From NCBI GenBank assembly GCA_965645245.1, contig OZ287085.1:1178001-1242000 (forward strand): a stretch of 64,000 nucleotides of DNA, written 5' to 3'. Source of the DNA: Massalongia carnosa. Lineage: Eukaryota. The notes under the pieces are model-generated. The model did not search any database. It was not told the origin of the DNA and saw nothing but the letters and a program-made list of their open reading frames with translations. Position numbers and translations under genes: made by a program. Positions 1-10,884 of the stretch are shown here, one piece after another. The first letter of the stretch is position 1. Each line of letters opens with the position of its first letter.

Positions 1-705
1 TGAGTTCGCTTATAATAATAGCTTACATAGTGTCATAAAAATGACCCCCTTCGAAGCTATATTTGGAGAAGCGCCCAAATGGGAAGACGAAATTCTGACT
101 GAAAAGGGGTCCGAGGTTCCTGCTGCACGCGTCCTGGCCACTGACATAATGGATAAAAGAAAACACCTGGAGAAATTATTACAAACAGCTTCAAGTACCC
201 AGGCTAGATATTATGATCAGAAACATATTCCCAAGACGTATAATGTGGGTGATAAAGTCCTCCTGAACGCAAAAAATATTAAATCCACTCGTCCGTCCAA
301 AAACTGGACTACAAATATTACGAGCCATACGAAATTGTCTCTCCTATAGGAAAACAGGCCTACAAACTCCAACTTTCCCCGTTATTGAAGGGCATTCATA
401 ATGTGTTCTATGTTTCCCTATTGGAACCTTATAGATATGACCCGAACAAAATATCTGAATCACCTCTACCCATAGAAGTAGAAGGGGAAGAACAATGGGA
501 GGTAGAACAGGTGCTGGATAGTAGAATTCACTATGGAAAACTCCAATATCTGGTGAAATGGATGGAATTTTCTGATACGGATAATCAATGGTTATCCGTC
601 GAAGACATGGAAGGATCACAGGAATTAATTAATTCCTATCATAATCAATATCCGGGAAAACCGTCCAGAACTCCTACGAGGAAGAAAAGAAAATCGAAGG
701 CATGA
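1..705 (+). pseudogene. Gypsy pol C-terminus (integrase end, SH3-like region, chromodomain), frameshifted near 300
   Basis: ORFs 41..349 and 385..705 join through a 1-nt frameshift (RPSK-KLDYKY...). Confidence 0.85.
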
Positions 706-1995
706 ACTATTTCCATTGGAGTCGAATGATCCAGAATCAGACTGCTATCTACCACACCACAACCACCTTCTCTCACCCCTTCACCCCCTTTTCAATCACC
801 AAAATATCCTCCCCTGGAGGGCGTCCAACCTCTAATCCTGCCTAAAAGTGTCAAAAAATGATTAAATTAATTCGACACTAGACCTCCCCCAAGAGATGAG
901 CCACCGAGCTGCGGAAATTGACTGGAACCTTCCCAAATTAGACCAAATTTTCCTAACAGAGCTCCACCTACGGAGAACATTTATCCTTCTTCCGGCGACA
1001 CTCCCCACTCTTCCCCGACTCCTCGGACTACTCACAGGCGACAGGGTCGCCCCCAAGGGTCTGCTTGGCACACCGGAGGCAAACGCTTACCTCCGGGGTA
1101 GGCCCCACCCAAATGGGCGGGTAGAGGAGCGGAAAAGGGGGAGGCAGAGGGGAACCGCCACGAACCGGGGCGGAAACGGGTGGCGCGGCGGGGGGAAACC
1201 AAAACACCCAGGAAAACATGGTCCTGCGGACTAGGAGTGGTAGGGCGGCGGGGGCGAGGAGGGGGGGAAACGGCCGGGTGGGACCGCTTGGCCCGCGATG
1301 AACGGGCAGAAACCGGAACAACACGCCGAGGTTGTTTAGACCTCGGCATGAGAGTTGATGATGGAGTGGTTGATGGTAAAGTGATGAAAGATTGATGAAA
1401 ATATGGAGTACGGAGTTGGGTGAGGTGATGTTTAAAGAGAAAGAAACAACGAACCCTACCTGTTGATATGAAAAGAAAGAAGAGACTAAGCCCAAAAAAG
1501 TTGGCACCGCCAGCAAGGTACGCTCAACAACAACGAAGGGTTAAGACTGATGAGACGTCATCAGAACAATAAGAAAGAGTTGAGACTTGGACTCATGACA
1601 GCAAGTATGACTTCTAGACTGAACACGGATAACGTGTGTCTGAAGATGCTATCCCTAGTACTCGGGCAGTACCCGGAACCACATGCGATATGAAGTTATA
1701 CAGAACTTTTACATCGGGCTCCTGAGGACATGAGCCCTAGAAGAAGGGTAATGTCAGGTCACGCACGTCCTGGCATAAGCGAATCGGTGGTTATAACCGA
1801 TCTCCGATCTCCGACTAGGACACGGCTCGTGTTCGTATTCTTCTTTTCATTGTACCAATCATAATTACTGTAATTAAATCAACGGACTCGCGACCCGAAG
1901 AAGTGGGGCTATCCCTTTGTCTGGCAATTTGGCAGCCACCTTAAATAGGCTTAGTGAGATACCGTAGGGCTGAGTCGCGAACTTCAAAACATTCT

Positions 1996-2181
1996 TGTTA
2001 CAGCGGTACTCAGTACTGCTAGCCAGCGGGCGCAATACATGAGCGCCTAAGGAGGTACGGTGACGTACCGGGCGCGGGGCACCTATATGTAGTGTAATAA
2101 GCGGTAGTGTCTCCATAGGAGAACTACCATAGTAGCCTTTTGGCTCAGTGGCTTAGGTGACTTATTACCACCCCTGTTACA
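1996..2181. mobile_element. Solo LTR (186 bp) inside the piggyBac left end
   Basis: TGTTA...TTACA flanked by 5-bp TSD ATTCT (1991-1995 and 2182-2186). Confidence 0.75.
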
Positions 2182-2261
2182 ATTCTCCCCTTTTTGGTAA
2201 ATAAAAAGGTAAACATCAGTTGAAAATCATTAAAACATCTAAAATTTCTTTAGAATAAATC

Positions 2262-4101
2262 ATGAGCGGCATTGAGATAGAAGTTCCTGACCAATCAGAC
2301 GCTTTGCCCCCCTCAATTCTGAAAGAACAGGCCAAAAAGAATAAACCCAGCGTACAAAGCATAATTGACTCCATGCCCCCTCCGTCATAATATTATTGTC
2401 CAATTTCGATCTCATTTCGAAAACCACAGCCGGACGAGACGTTGCGCTTGATAAATCAGACTCCTTTCAGTTTATTCTGCCTCTTCTTTAGCTTTGGAAT
2501 GCTTGAAATCATCGCTAAAAACACCAATCTTAAAGCGAAAAAGAAGTATGCCCTAAACGACATCAAGAGACGTCAATGGCATGATACCTCTTCTTCTGAA
2601 GTAGGAGCTTTTCTGGGAATTCTGTTATATATGGAGTATACACTAATGCCACGTCTTACTGACTATTGGAACACGTCTCCTAAATTTGCCATACATGACA
2701 TGGCGATTCAAGCCATGAGTCTTCGAAGATGAGAGCAACTCAAGCGATTTTTGAAGATATCTAACCCCGACGAAGATGAGATCATTGATACTCGAGGCCT
2801 TGATTGGTGGAAAAAGCTGGAACCATTGGCCACAGACTTTCGAAAAGCATCAAAGAAATACTGGATTCCTGGAAGTCATGTGTCAGTTGACGAGCAATTG
2901 ATTTTATTCAGGGGTAGGAGCTGCCATACTATGCAAATAGCCACCAAGGCGGCTGGTGTAGGCTTCAAAATCTATTGTTTATGTCAGGAAAATTATCTTT
3001 TTGACTTCTTATTTACCTCCAAGGTGAGTAGAAAAGGCCTCAATTTGCATCGTACTAATTGCAAGTCAGGTATCCAAAATTAGTGAGTTAAAAACGCCTG
3101 GACAATTGAAATTTCCGACAACCAAATGGGATTTGTCTCCTTCCTCCCTAGTCGTCATTCAACTGGATCGAAGTATACCGTCTGATGAAGGCTTGAAATA
3201 CGTCATCTTTCTGGACAACTTCTTCACAAATACGAAGCTATTCAAAGCTCTGAAAACCATTGGTATTGTTGCCTGTGGGACGGCTAAATCAGGATGCGGT
3301 TTTCCTGTTGATCTTCTACGTCTAAGGATTGCAGCCACCAAGAATAAGGACTGGGGAAAGAAGGCATTGATGACGGTAACTGCAAATAAAAGTAAAAAAT
3401 CAAACATTGATGACGGGGACATTCTGTGTATGGCATGGGTGGATTTAAACACCTTGCAATTGTTGACCACGGTTCATACAATTGAGGATTTGAAGACTTC
3501 TTTCTACAAGAATTCCCGTCGACATCATGGAATTCCTGCAAAGTCTAGAGTCTTCGTTGATGATGAAGAAGAAAAGCTTCCATTTCCCATGCCCATCGTG
3601 GAATATAACCAGCACATGGGCGGGTCAGACGGGAATGCTCAGCAAAGAGCATATTATTCGTCTCAAAGATCTGATCGTCGCTACTGGTGGTCAATTTTCA
3701 TCTTTCTTCTGGATGCAGCCGTTCTAAATGCTTTCAAATTGTGGAGAATTCTGTATCCGAATTCAACACTCAGCTATTTGGACTTTCAAAAAGAAATAGT
3801 AAACGCCCTACTATTCAATCTAGCCGGTGCCCTACGGAAACGTCCGACAGATGTCATAGTTACTACTAATCAAGACGTTAATAAAGACGTCGAGTCAACT
3901 TGCAAATAGGAGCATTTGAATAAGGACTATTGTTTGGCCTGCAAAAGACAAGTACCAAGACTCAAACGACGCCGACCACTTGCGGAAATTGATGAAAATT
4001 GCACCAAAAGACGACGTGCAAGTCAGACCAGATGGCAATGTAAGAGCTGTGGACCATTTTGCAAAAAGGAGGCATGTTGGGAAATTTTACATAGATCATG
4101 A
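2262..4101 (+). pseudogene. piggyBac DDD transposase with C-terminal Cys-rich domain, inactivated
   Basis: Motifs VSVDEQL, FLDNFFT, MGGSD and CLAC...CKSC...C...C. Intron 3024..3069. In-frame stops at about 2388, 2730 (TGA) and 3907 (TAG). Confidence 0.9.
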
Positions 4102-4308
4102 GGGGTGATTGAGGTGTTGTACCCATTATCGTTGAAAAGGGAAAATCTGATTGGCCAGATTAAAGTTATTAGTTATTACCCGGAGACGGCGCGTGTAAAA
4201 TTGAATATTACCTAAATGGCTGCCAAATTGCCAGACGAAGGGATAGGATAAAGACCTGATCGCCCATTTCTTTCGAGGGGTAACTGATCACTTTATTGAT
4301 TTACCACT

Positions 4309-4433
4309 CTCTATTCGTACATTTATCACGAATCTATATAGTAGTCACGCTGTTAGACTTGACCCCTTACACTCTATTCGTACATTCATCACGAATCAAT
4401 ATAGTAGTCACGCTATTAGACTTGACCCCTTAA
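4309..4433. repeat. 63-bp tandem duplication at the putative gypsy-1 LTR end
   Basis: CTCTATTCGTACAT...CTTGACCCCTTA occurs twice with a few mismatches. Confidence 0.85.
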
Positions 4434-4942
4434 ACCTTTACCCTAGATGAGAGATTTTGGTGATGGGGGCGGCGATAAGATGGAGCGATAAGTGGGACAG
4501 TGGATGTGATCGTTCTAGCGATAAGAGGGTATAGTGGAGTGAGGAGATTGGTGGAGTGGAGTAAGGGCTTTATTCAGACTCATATCGATGATTAATCTGA
4601 ATAGGCTTTCAGGTAGCTTTTACCTCGATCGCCGCTTAGCGGTTCGGGGTAATCAATTAGGTTTTGACTCAAACTTTATTTCATGACACGGTTCAACCAC
4701 ATCCACCCAAGGCCAATCAAAGGAAAGTACGGTATCTGCCGGCGCACCAACCGCTTCTGTTACTCAACCCTTTTAGCAATCATAGGGGCAATCAACGGAG
4801 GTCTGAAAGGACTGAAAGGGACGTATCGGAACGACCTACTAAAGTAAACACAAATGGATAAAAGGTATAAAGAGCAGAAAACTGTTTGACTAAACTGTTC
4901 ACTTATTGATAAAGACACAAGTAGCTGGATCGGGCCAAGCGA

Positions 4943-5312
4943 TTATCTATATAGACTCCTAGAGAGGGCTCCTTTTGCTTGTTTCTTTTCTGCATCTTTG
5001 ATATTTTCTAGTGCATAGCTTCCCAGTAGATATTCAATTCCATATCCTGGTTGAACCGTCACAGATTGCGTCAACTGCATATTTTTGTCTTTTAGTCTTT
5101 TTATGTCGTTTTCGACGTTTATTTCTTTAATCTCGTCAATTTCGACTTTAATAACGACGTATTCAGTCGAAATCGATTGTAAAAGCAATCGAAAGAATTG
5201 TTGAATAAAAAATATATCGCGAAGTTTGAACCTGATTATAATAATTCTGTTTCTCAACAACAAACGTTTTTCGCGTGCCTTCTAAATACTAATATTTTGT
5301 TTTATCTTGTAT
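4943..5312 (-). pseudogene. AT-rich degraded relic, possibly LINE (Tad1-like) ORF1; appears to continue at about 11449-11875
   Basis: Weak resemblance only (VVIKVEI...N...PG..I...KKQAKGAL) in strongly AT-shifted sequence. Confidence 0.3.
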
Positions 5313-5668
5313 TGTTGAATAGATATCTGACTATGGCTATATGTGTTACGGTCTACCTAGAGGCTAGTCATAGGGACGCCATGAACGAAAACAATAAAGA
5401 TGAAGAGAAAAGAAAGACTCGAAAGGTCTGACCCGTCCCTATATACCAACGCGTTCCCTCATGCAGTACGGTCGCGAAAGAGTTTTCCGCGCTATCTCGT
5501 GAATCTCGTTATCCGACCCGTAGGTGCTCGATTAGGTTTAGCTCCTAAAGGCGAAAGGTGGAATCGTGACACTAACTTCCGCTTTAGATCGCGAGTCACC
5601 TGACCGCGATAAAGTCCGCTTTACCTCCGTTCGTTTCATCACGTGATAGATTGAGTTATAAATGCGGT

Positions 5669-8600
5669 TTAACGTGGTTTGTTAGGGTGTCGTCGATAAA
5701 AGTCCTTCACCAGTTCTTCTGCATTTTCGAAGCCGTCAGCATCATACCACGTCAGGTCTTCGTCAATTCCTTTCCACTTGACCTTGAACTGGATCTTTCG
5801 ATATCGCTTTCGTGCGTCTAATATGTCGTCCAGTTCCCATTCGTCGTTACCTTCGACTACTACCGGTGGGGGTGGTTCGTTTATCTGACCAGGAAGGGGG
5901 TCGTCTGCAGCTTTTCGGAGCAAGCTGGTGTGGAACATATCGTGTATTTTCATCGAGGGTGGAAGTTCCAGCTGACATGATGATCCTACCAATTTCATGA
6001 CTCGATAGGGACCTATCATCTTGTGGTCCAGTTTCTTGCAAGCCCGCTCAGTCTTGATGTTTTTGGTTGACAACCACACCATGTCTCCTACCTCGTAAGA
6101 TACTTCCGTCCGGTGTCGATCAGCCGCTGTTCTTTGCCTTTCCTGGGCTCGCTCCATGCTTTGCTTGACGAAGTTCCAGACTTTCTGCATGTCGTCTGTG
6201 ATGGCCCTAGCTTGGGCGTTGGCCAACCTTTCTCTGGTGGAAGAAGCGGAAAGCTCTGCTGGATCGAAACTCATCCTCGGTTCATATCCTTTTGTGGCCA
6301 TGAATGGTGAAAGCCCAGTTGTGGCCGACGGTGCGCTGTTGGCAGCGAACTCGGCCATCGGGAGAAGGTCCGCCCAGTCATCCTGATTATAGTTGGTGAA
6401 ACTCCGGAGGTGACGTTCCATTTCTTGGTTCGCTATTTCGCTTTGTCCGTCTGTTTCGGGATGATAAGCGGTGGACAGTTTCGCCGTGATTCCCAGAATT
6501 TTGCACCATGCCTTCCATACCGCTGACACGAACTGGGGGCCCCGATCGGATAATATGCTGTTCGGGAGTCCGTGATAACGCCAGACGTTGTCGATGAGCA
6601 GCTTCGCTGTAGCCTCGGCAATTGTTCCTTCGTCACTACATGTGCATGGAATGTAGTGTCTTTCCTTGGACATCCGGTCCACAACCATCAGAATGGCGTC
6701 GTACTGCTCCTTGCTTTTGGCGAGCCCGGTCACATAGTCGAGGGTGATGTCTGACCATGGCTTGTCAGGTATGGGCAAGGGTTTCAGTAGCCCGTTATAT
6801 TTATCCCTTGGTGCTTTTGCCCGTCTGCAAACGTGACAGCTGCGAACATAGCGGCGAACATCTTTGCCCATATTCGGCCAGTAGTAATTTCGAGAGATCG
6901 TCTGAATGGTCCTTGCTATTCCGGGGTGCCCAACCGCTATCTGGTCATGAATTTGCCGTACGACTTCGAGAATTGTTTCCTTGTTGTCCGGGACCCATAA
7001 GCGTTTTCGCTTATATAGCAGTCCATCTTTCACCGTACAATTCTTTGTGTCTGGCAAGGTGTTGTCCGCGGGAGTATCGTCGTCTGTCAGCGCTTTTCTG
7101 ATCTTCGTACAGAGTTCATCTTCGAGGTTTTCCTGTTTTACCTTTTCGTCCAAAGGCTGTGGATCGGGATCGGTGGTAGTGTCAGTGTCGTCAAGGGCAG
7201 GAGTTTCATCTGATTCCGTTGCTTCTTCGATGGGTTGCAGTTCTAGTCTTTCCGAGGGCAGCAGCGTTTGGAGCTGATGCTGTTGTCGTTCGTCTTCCTC
7301 GTTCTGAGGTTTATCGTTTGGCCTTCGGATCAGAGCGTCTGCTTTTTCGTTTTTCTTGCCCGGGCGATAGGTGATGACGAAATTGAACTCCGAGAGGAAC
7401 TCCGCCCAGCGAGCCTGTCTTCTGGTCAGCTTTTTGGTGGACATGAAATACTCTAGACTTCGGTGATCAGTGAAGATCTTCACTGGTAGATCAGTGCCTT
7501 CCAGTTCCGGTTTCCATTGTTCAAAGCAGCGGATGATTGCCAGCAGTTCCTTGTCGTAGATTTCGTAGTTGCATTCCGCAGGGCTCATATTCTTGGAGAA
7601 GAACGCTACCGGGTGAAGTTCTCCGTCATCCCCCATTTGGGAAAGCACGCCACCATTGACGTGGTCAGAAGAGTCGGTTTCCAAGTAACACTGCTTGTCT
7701 CGGTCGAAGTGTATCAGAATTGGGGCTTCGCCTATTTGTTTCTGCAGGGTCCGAAAAGCTTTTTCACATGCTAAGGTCCATTCAAAGATTCGTTCTTTCT
7801 TCGTCAGTGCGTTCAGGGGTTTGGCGATTTTCGAGAAGCCTCTGATGAATCGTCGATTGAAGTTGCAAAAGCCAATGAACGAACGGACCTCACGTAGACA
7901 AGTTGGGATTTCCCATTGCTGGATGGCCTTGACTTTAGCTGGATCCATGCGAATGCCATCGACGCTAATGATCAGTCCCAAGTACTTGGTTTCCGTCACA
8001 TGGAATTCGCATTTGTCCACGTCTGCTTGTAGTCCCGCTTCCCGAAGTTTGATCAGAACGAATCGGACGTGCTCCCGATGATCCTTCAGGTTCTTGCTAT
8101 AAATCAGGATGTCGTCCAGGTAAGCCGTGCAGAACTTGTCCAAATAGTCGAATAACACATCGTTGATGTAGTGTTGCCAGGAAGCTGGTCCGCCAGAGAG
8201 TCCGAATGGGAGTACCTTATATTTATAGGCACCAAAACGAGAGTTGAACGTCGTCAGGTCTTCAGACTCTATAGCCATTCTGAGCTTGTGAAATGCTTGC
8301 CGAATATCAATCTTCGAAAAGACCTTAGCTTCCTTCAGCTGTGCCAGAGTTTCTTCTATCAGAGGTATGGGATAGCGGTCTTTTTTTGACAGTTGATTCA
8401 GCCTTCGATAATCGACACAGAAACGCAGGCCTCCGTTCGGCTTTTTGGCCAACAGAATAGGGGAAGCACACGCTGCGTGACTGGCCTCGATGAATCCTTT
8501 TCGAAGGTTGTCCTCGAGGTATTTCTTGACGAACTCCAATTCTTTCTGTGACATGCTCCGAAGCGGACTATGTCCGTGATCTTTGTCTCCTTCCAGAATA

Positions 8601-9541
8601 ATCCTATGATCATACGTTCGATGAGGTGCCAGAGTGTCAGATGCTGTCTTGGAAAAGACATCTAGGAATTCGTGGTACTCTGAGGGAACTACCGTCTTCG
8701 GGTCAGTGGGTGGCTGGTCTTCCTTATTCAATTGGTACTCGATGTCTTTCAAAGAGATGGCGAATAACTCGACATTCTTTTGTTTGGAGAGCAGTCGGTA
8801 CGCGGCAGCCCCTATCATCGCCATTTCTATCGGCTCATCTTCGGGAGTCGGCTTATCCTCGATTCCAGAGTCTGCTGGTCTTCCTGATAGCCCTACGTCA
8901 GCTTTGTTAGCTAACAAATCTGACGAACTGAGCTGATCTGGACTAGTCCGCTCTGATTCCTTCGTGTTCGTTCTTGCCTCTTCGGGTCGTTTCAGTATTT
9001 TCATGACCGTTCTAGCCCCTTCGGACTCCATCATCATCTTTTCCTCCTTGGGCAGCTGAGGAGCTCCAGGATGAGAACAATGACCAGGCCAGAAAGTTAT
9101 CTTGTCTGTGGCCATGTCAATAATCACTCCATGCTTTCTCATCCATGGTTTTCCCAATATCATCTTGTGTTGCCCCAGCTGCGTGATTAGAATAGGGGCT
9201 ATTGTTTCCTTATGATTTTGTACGGTCAGGGTAGGGTAAATGGCATGCGTAATGTCTTTACCTCGTTTACCGTCGAAACCTTTGACTGGTTTCGGTCTTG
9301 TCAGTTTTTGAGGGGAGATCTGAAGCTTTTCACAAACTTCACGCGCTGTTGATTCATCAATAAAAGCATGCCCAGTGGCACCGGTGTCCAATAGACCCAT
9401 CACTTTTATTTCTTCGCTATTGCCCAGTCTACATTGTATGACCAGGGGTTCATCGGTGAACAAATCACCAGGTAAACAGCTCGACGAAATCAACACTGGT
9501 TCACCTCCATCTGCGTCTTTGATGGAGGTCACTCTTTTCCC
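5669..9541 (-). CDS. pol: Pol of gypsy-2 (protease-RT-RNaseH-integrase-chromodomain), via -1 frameshift
   Basis: LLDTGA, YLDDILI, ETDSSD, HHCC zinc finger, SDRGPQF, chromodomain WELDDILD...VKWKG. Confidence 0.96.
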   Translation of the reverse strand, partial: GKRVTSIKDADGGEPVLISSSCLPGDLFTDEPLVIQCRLGNSEEIKVMGLLDTGATGHAFIDESTAREVCEKLQISPQKLTRPKPVKGFDGKRGKDITHAIYPTLTVQNHKETIAPILITQLGQHKMILGKPWMRKHGVIIDMATDKITFWPGHCSHPGAPQLPKEEKMMMESEGARTVMKILKRPEEARTNTKESERTSPDQLSSSDLLANKADVGLSGRPADSGIEDKPTPEDEPIEMAMIGAAAYRLLSKQKNVELFAISLKDIEYQLNKEDQPPTDPKTVVPSEYHEFLDVFSKTASDTLAPHRTYDHRIILEGDKDHGHSPLRSMSQKELEFVKKYLEDNLRKGFIEASHAACASPILLAKKPNGGLRFCVDYRRLNQLSKKDRYPIPLIEETLAQLKEAKVFSKIDIRQAFHKLRMAIESEDLTTFNSRFGAYKYKVLPFGLSGGPASWQHYINDVLFDYLDKFCTAYLDDILIYSKNLKDHREHVRFVLIKLREAGLQADVDKCEFHVTETKYLGLIISVDGIRMDPAKVKAIQQWEIPTCLREVRSFIGFCNFNRRFIRGFSKIAKPLNALTKKERIFEWTLACEKAFRTLQKQIGEAPILIHFDRDKQCYLETDSSDHVNGGVLSQMGDDGELHPVAFFSKNMSPAECNYEIYDKELLAIIRCFEQWKPELEGTDLPVKIFTDHRSLEYFMSTKKLTRRQARWAEFLSEFNFVITYRPGKKNEKADALIRRPNDKPQNEEDERQQHQLQTLLPSERLELQPIEEATESDETPALDDTDTTTDPDPQPLDEKVKQENLEDELCTKIRKALTDDDTPADNTLPDTKNCTVKDGLLYKRKRLWVPDNKETILEVVRQIHDQIAVGHPGIARTIQTISRNYYWPNMGKDVRRYVRSCHVCRRAKAPRDKYNGLLKPLPIPDKPWSDITLDYVTGLAKSKEQYDAILMVVDRMSKERHYIPCTCSDEGTIAEATAKLLIDNVWRYHGLPNSILSDRGPQFVSAVWKAWCKILGITAKLSTAYHPETDGQSEIANQEMERHLRSFTNYNQDDWADLLPMAEFAANSAPSATTGLSPFMATKGYEPRMSFDPAELSASSTRERLANAQARAITDDMQKVWNFVKQSMERAQERQRTAADRHRTEVSYEVGDMVWLSTKNIKTERACKKLDHKMIGPYRVMKLVGSSCQLELPPSMKIHDMFHTSLLRKAADDPLPGQINEPPPPVVVEGNDEWELDDILDARKRYRKIQFKVKWKGIDEDLTWYDADGFENAEELVKDFYRRHPNKPR

Positions 9542-10884
9542 GAGTCAGCAATTTCAGCGATTTTCTGCACTTTCGCTGGCCGACTCTTCCTCTTCAGCTC
9601 ACAATCTCTGGACAAATGTCCATGCTCCTTGCAAAAGAAACAACGACCTTCCCTGGTCAATCGTTCCTTTTCTTCATCCGTCATGTAGGAAGAGGGCCTG
9701 GGGGTCGAGGCCGTGATGGCGTGACGGGGAGGGACATAGGTCTCGGTGGTGGAGGTTGTGGTCGTCGTGGTCGGGGCGCTAGAACTCGAGGCAGTGGTGC
9801 TGGGCCTTTTACTTTCCGCATAACGGTCCATATTGGCCTTGCTTCGGTCCAAGTCCTTGAGGTCCTGATACAAGCGCTGACACTTATGCGCGAACTCATA
9901 CAGGTCGGTCGGTGCCTCGGCGCCGGTGGCCAATTGCCGATTCATTCCCCAAGAAAGCTTGTGCTTCAACTCGCTAATTAGTGTAGCCTCGTTATGGTCC
10001 AGCTCAGCTGCCAGACGCTGAAACTCAGCCCAAAAGGTGTTGAAATCCTTGCTTCCTTGCCGAAGATACCGAAAGTCGTTCATCGCAGTTTGTTTTCGAT
10101 TGGGGTCGCCGTATGTGCGTTCCAATTGGTCAAACATTTCCTCGGCCGTCAGAAAGGGCTTCATCGCGCCTTTTCGAAGTCGGGGTTCTAGGTGTCCCAT
10201 TGCTTCTCCTCCTACCCGGTTCTCCACGTATGCCTTCTTGAGCAGTTCCGACGGCATGTGGTCATCATTGGCTGCTAGTTTACTCCGCATCTTTGTCAGC
10301 CAATGGTCTATGGAGATTTCCTTTCCGTCGGTGAAGATAGGCGGGTCAGGCAGTTTCATCGACCTCTTCCTACCGCCGTCGCTGCGACGGCTGCTACGGG
10401 AAGGGGATGGGGTTCGTGGGCGAGACGGCTCTCGCGTCTGTTCTCGGCTCAATTCAGTGCTGGCCACGGGAGCCCGTCCTTGTAATTCTCTTATTTCTTC
10501 TTTCTGGTAGGACATCATGCCCTCCAACTGGTTCATTCTGGTCTGGAATCCCTCAGCCATATCAATAGCTCGGTTACCTCGTTCAACGGAGTCGTTGTAT
10601 GCTCCCTTCAGGTTTTGAAGCATGTCGGACACGGCCTGAGGGTCGTGCTCCATCCATGCCTTCAATTGTCGGAGGTTTATAATCATCATAGGCTCCGTTA
10701 CCTCTAGTTCGTCCTCTGTCTCTCTAGTCTCGGGGATTATCGAGTCCCGGTGTCTTGGGACCTCGGTCCCGGTTGATCGTGCCATGTTATAAGCTGGTAT
10801 CTGGTTATCGGTGTCTGGTATCTTGGGTTCAGTGTCAGTGGTCGTCTCGTCTCTACGATGTTTAATTCTCGGTGTCGGTATCAA
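9529..10884 (-). CDS. gag: Gag of gypsy-2
   Basis: KLPDPPIFTDG capsid region, LRQG motif, CFFCKEHGHLSRDC zinc knuckle. The true start may be a downstream ATG. Confidence 0.93.
   Translation of the reverse strand: MIPTPRIKHRRDETTTDTEPKIPDTDNQIPAYNMARSTGTEVPRHRDSIIPETRETEDELEVTEPMMIINLRQLKAWMEHDPQAVSDMLQNLKGAYNDSVERGNRAIDMAEGFQTRMNQLEGMMSYQKEEIRELQGRAPVASTELSREQTREPSRPRTPSPSRSSRRSDGGRKRSMKLPDPPIFTDGKEISIDHWLTKMRSKLAANDDHMPSELLKKAYVENRVGGEAMGHLEPRLRKGAMKPFLTAEEMFDQLERTYGDPNRKQTAMNDFRYLRQGSKDFNTFWAEFQRLAAELDHNEATLISELKHKLSWGMNRQLATGAEAPTDLYEFAHKCQRLYQDLKDLDRSKANMDRYAESKRPSTTASSSSAPTTTTTTSTTETYVPPRHAITASTPRPSSYMTDEEKERLTREGRCFFCKEHGHLSRDCELKRKSRPAKVQKIAEIADSGKE

Larger units (their letters stand above)
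1912..4243 (+). mobile_element. piggyBac-family DNA transposon
   Basis: 27-bp TIRs TCCCTTTGTCTGGCAATTTGGCAGCCA (1912) and TGGCTGCCAAATTGCCAGACGAAGGGA (to 4243), flanked by TA on both sides, with a transposase inside. Confidence 0.9.
1..4371 (+). mobile_element. Ty3/gypsy chromovirus (gypsy-1), 3' part; its 3' LTR is interrupted by a piggyBac
   Basis: Integrase C-terminus (TPFEAIFG...YYDQKH...GDKVLL) and chromodomain (EQWEVEQVLDSR...QYLVKW). PPT AGAAGAAGGGTAA precedes TGTCA at 1752. The LTR appears to resume at 4246 and end ...CCTTACA at 4371; that right boundary is inferred. Confidence 0.8.
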
